A stretch of 53,657 bases of DNA, filler included, from Sphacelaria rigidula (lineage: Eukaryota): assembly GCA_964200075.2 (NCBI GenBank). It is 5 parts of 5 records of this genome, joined end to end, with 100 filler letters (N's around TTAATTAATTAA, not from the genome) between each part and the next. Parts side by side here need not be neighbours in the genome. Positions count along the whole stretch, not along the records: positions 43,007 to 53,657 come from CAXNAA020006144.1; 4 more parts are not named here. One strand, given 5' to 3'. The notes beneath the pieces are model-generated. The model had not been told where the DNA came from and searched no databases. It saw nothing but the letters and a program-made list of their open reading frames with translations. The translations under genes and the position numbers were made by a program. Positions 50,620-53,657 of the stretch are shown here, one piece after another (within the stretch, counting starts at the first letter, position 1; each line of letters starts with the position of its first letter).

Positions 50620-53347
50620 CTACACTGGAGTTGCTGGGGCCATGGAGAAGTTGTCCCCCGAAATTCCGGACTGATTCTCGGTCGTAGATCGTTGCCCGCG
50701 CCCCGAACCCCCTGCGTTCTCTGCGGACCGTTCTCGGTGTGCGGACCGTTCCATGTTTCTGAGGCGTTGCCAGAGTCTGATCACGAGCCGCGGAAGTGGC
50801 GCGGATGCCACAGGCATTGGTATATACTCACGCAGCCTGCTAGCACCGCTGGAGGCAAGGGTCGAAGCCTCGTGAAAGATTCGAGCGGCTCCTCTCAACT
50901 CAATGCCGTTTGCATCGACTGCATTACCGTTTCTTGCGTAACTACGTTCTCGTTCCGTGGGGGGCATTATGTTGAGGTTGGCCTTGCAGTAAGGGCATGA
51001 AGGGTTCCCGCCAATCCACACATCCAAGCACTAGTTGGCCGACACATGTGAGGTGGTGTTTATCGAAGCGTCACAATACGGCCGATCGTGGGGTAATGTG
51101 GAGTGGTATACGACTATACAAGTGAGGGCGAGGGATAACTCTGGATCGGGTTCAGCGGATGTATATAACGAGTGCAGCCTCCATCTAGGATGTGGAAATC
51201 CCCCTGGGGCGTCCATCTGGGGTACGGATGTCCATCGGGGATGTCGACACCCATCAGGGATGTCGACACCCATCAGGGATATCTGGGTTATCCACATCTC
51301 AGATGGGTCTCTAAAGTGGACATCCCAGATGGATTTCCAAAATGGACATCCCCGCTGGGCATCTCAGATGAAAACCCACATCCCGGATGGATATCCAGTC
51401 ATGTGGGGTATTTATGTCCCAGATGAATGTTTATACCCCAGATGGGTGTTCAAGGTGGACCTGATACTCCAGGTGGGAATCCCAGATGGACGTGCATACC
51501 CAAATTGATATCTACCTGGAATGTGGTATCTCAGATATGCGTTCATCTGAGATACGCACATCGCAGAGGAAGGTTGCACGATAGTATAGGGCCCCCTCGA
51601 ATGGCGCAACATGGGAGGTTGATACCAAAATGCGTACAGCTAATATTTTACGTGCAGAGGTTTGACCGTTTCGATTCATGTACACGAAGTTGTAAGGCGG
51701 GGAGTGGACAAAAAACCCAGGTCTGCAACCCTCCTCTACCGCATAGATGTTGCTCACAAACACGAGAAGCTCTCTGGCAATACCAGGCACGGATGGTTTG
51801 CTAGACCAAAGTTAACGACCATGGTTAAGTATCCTTGCGGTGCCGCAACACGAGCGGGAAACATGTAAGCCTACCTCTGCGTGGAAAATATGCAGGCACG
51901 GAAGCACGTGCACGGGCTCGCCGACTTCGTACTGTCCCAAGCAAATGGCGCATATATCGGACAACTCGCTCACGCTTACTGTCATCGGCGCCTGCACCAC
52001 TGAAACACCGCCACCACCGCCACCACCTAGACTAGTCCCTTCTTCAAACCCCGGCGTCGCAGCATCAACCTCACTCCAGTTCTTGCACTCGCAGTCCCAG
52101 TCACTGATTTCCTTCCCTTGCGCTCTTGTACATTTGTGAGTCATCTCCGCGACTTTCATTTCCGGGCATGCATCCCGATGTCTGATGGACTTAGGGCTGC
52201 CGCCGGCGGCAAGATCAGCGGCTGCGGCTGCGTCGGCCGCGCTGGTGATACCCTCGGCAGCCTTCATCTCGAGGGCAGCGTCACAGTGGTCATCAGCGTG
52301 AGAGAGAGACATCGCTAGCGGTTGACATTGTGGGTGCTGTCGCGGTCGATCTTGTTCGGTGATCTTTGCCCGGCGTTGCTGCTGCTGCTGCTGTTTCTTG
52401 TCACCCTCACTTGCTTCAGTAGGTTCTACTTCCGCGCAATCGAAGGTCGTATTGTCACCCTCGGCAAAAGGACTTGATCGACCGTCGTGAACATTGTCTG
52501 AGGGCACCGTTTGTTCACCGGGAGAAGATGTTTGCAGCACAAGGCTGACTGTTTCAGTGTCTCTAGGGCTCCTACTTTGCAGAGACAACGAAGATTTCTT
52601 CGAGTAATTTCCGTGGGCCATTTCGAAGCCGGCGGTAGCGATCCCCCGTAATATTGACAACGATTCGAATGCCTGTGAGGAGTCAGGATCTGCCTCGATA
52701 CCAACGCTTTTCAACTTAGCCTTGGCCGAAGCAACTACGCCAATCTGCGTTGCTGACGCCAATGAAGCCCGACTGTCGCGGGCTTCCAAACCAGCACCCC
52801 GAATACCGTGGGTGGCGCCCGAGTCAAGCACAAGCTCTTCTCTCCGATCATGTTCTCTATTCCATGTATCTGCGATACCCCCATTAGACGCTGAATATTT
52901 TGGAGCAGAGGAGACCCGGGGCGACGCAGCCCACTCAGAGCCAGCAAATATATTTTTTTCGCTCTTCTGCTCCGTCATCCCATCGCTACATTTCTCCCCG
53001 GCATGCATGAATCTACCTTCTTGTGGTTTTCCGTCCTGAAAAGTGTCCCTCCTACGCCGTCTATCCCGGTGTTCCCAATCCCCCTCTTGCGGTATTTCTC
53101 TGGCCTCTTCATCCTCTGGTACCCTTGCTGCCTTCTCGTCGTCCCTAAAAGAAACGGGACAGCTACTCAGGTCGGTACATGTACTACTTTCGAAGGATTG
53201 TTGGCGTCCTGGCACTGCACGATCAGTTGCTGGGCCCGGCGTATAAAAAGGAGGCGGAGAAAGCTCCCACCCAACCGGAGGCCGGATACTCGTGCCGACC
53301 CGACGCATTAGGCATGCCGTGCTGTCGAAGCGAAACGTTGCAAAGGT
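50620..53347 (-). CDS. RING-H2 finger protein (putative E3 ubiquitin ligase), last two exons (5'-partial)
   Basis: The large exon ~53347-51875 (probable acceptor ctccccag|, donor |gtaggc) ends CAICLGQYEVGEPVHVLPCLHIFHAE. It splices in phase 0 to 51030-50620, CLDVWIGGNPSCPYCK..., completing a C3H2C3 RING. The 5' boundary of the large exon is inferred. Confidence 0.88.
51175..51560. repeat. Dispersed CCCAGATGGA/TCCATCTGG-motif repeat family (intronic copy)
   Basis: Motif clusters in both orientations. Similar clusters at 32545-32745 and 40915-41300 lie on another contig. Confidence 0.65.
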
Positions 53348-53541
53348 CTGGGGAGGCAGGAGAGGGCGGGGCGGTGATTTGCAGGGAGCAAACAGGGGTT
53401 GCTCATGTCGGGGGGGAAAGCTGAATGGGAGCGGAGAAGCAACGAATCGCTGAAATTTCGTCACAATATTTTGTGATCGATAGCGCTCGGGAACCAGAGG
53501 ATAATCCTCTCCCCGAAAGCTACAAGAGAGGGGAGGGGAGA

Positions 53542-53657
53542 GGGGGGGTGTACTCATGACCATGCATGCCATAGTCATAAGACCATTGACCTCGCGGGGG
53601 AGCGGGGGAGGGGGGCGTACTCATTTGTTGCTTGCCTTAGTCATTTGACCATTGACC
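53542..53657 (-). mobile_element. Stacked family-B tail (53542-53595) and family-A tail (53610-53657)
   Basis: G7-TGTACTCATGACCATGCATGCCATAGTCATAAGACCATTGACCTCGC, then a G-rich spacer, then a G-run and CGTACTCATTTGTTGCTTGCC. Truncated by the window end. Confidence 0.8.

Noticed and set aside
53348-53578. N-terminal 77 aa of the 588-aa ORF as a true start
   Set aside because: The ATGs lie within a family-B repeat tail, and a pyrimidine-rich acceptor precedes 53347. The stretch is probably intronic.

Overview
Eukaryotic, intron-rich DNA of roughly 50% GC, most consistent with a brown alga or related stramenopile (inference from kb-long GT-AG introns, a flagellar CCDC146 gene and a P2C ATPase). 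The window is not one locus. It is five contigs of 10,652/10,652/10,651/10,651/10,651 bp joined by 100-bp N-TTAATTAATTAA-N linkers, so nothing can be linked across the gaps. Each contig carries a partial spliced gene: (1) the 5' end of a Na+/K+-type P2C ATPase, (2) the 3' end of an unknown Lys-rich protein, (3) the 3' end of a GIGYF/EXA1-like protein, (4) the 3' end of CCDC146/MBO2, (5) the 3' end of a RING-H2 protein. Introns and intergenic DNA hold decayed LINEs, fold-back MITEs and a 265-bp satellite with 6-mer higher-order structure. The most unusual signal is a non-LTR retroelement pair: an APE-RT LINE plus an apparently non-coding partner that shares its 3' stem-loop tail. Both end in a C-run rather than poly-A, and one clean insertion into a G-run is flanked by a 7-bp duplication.
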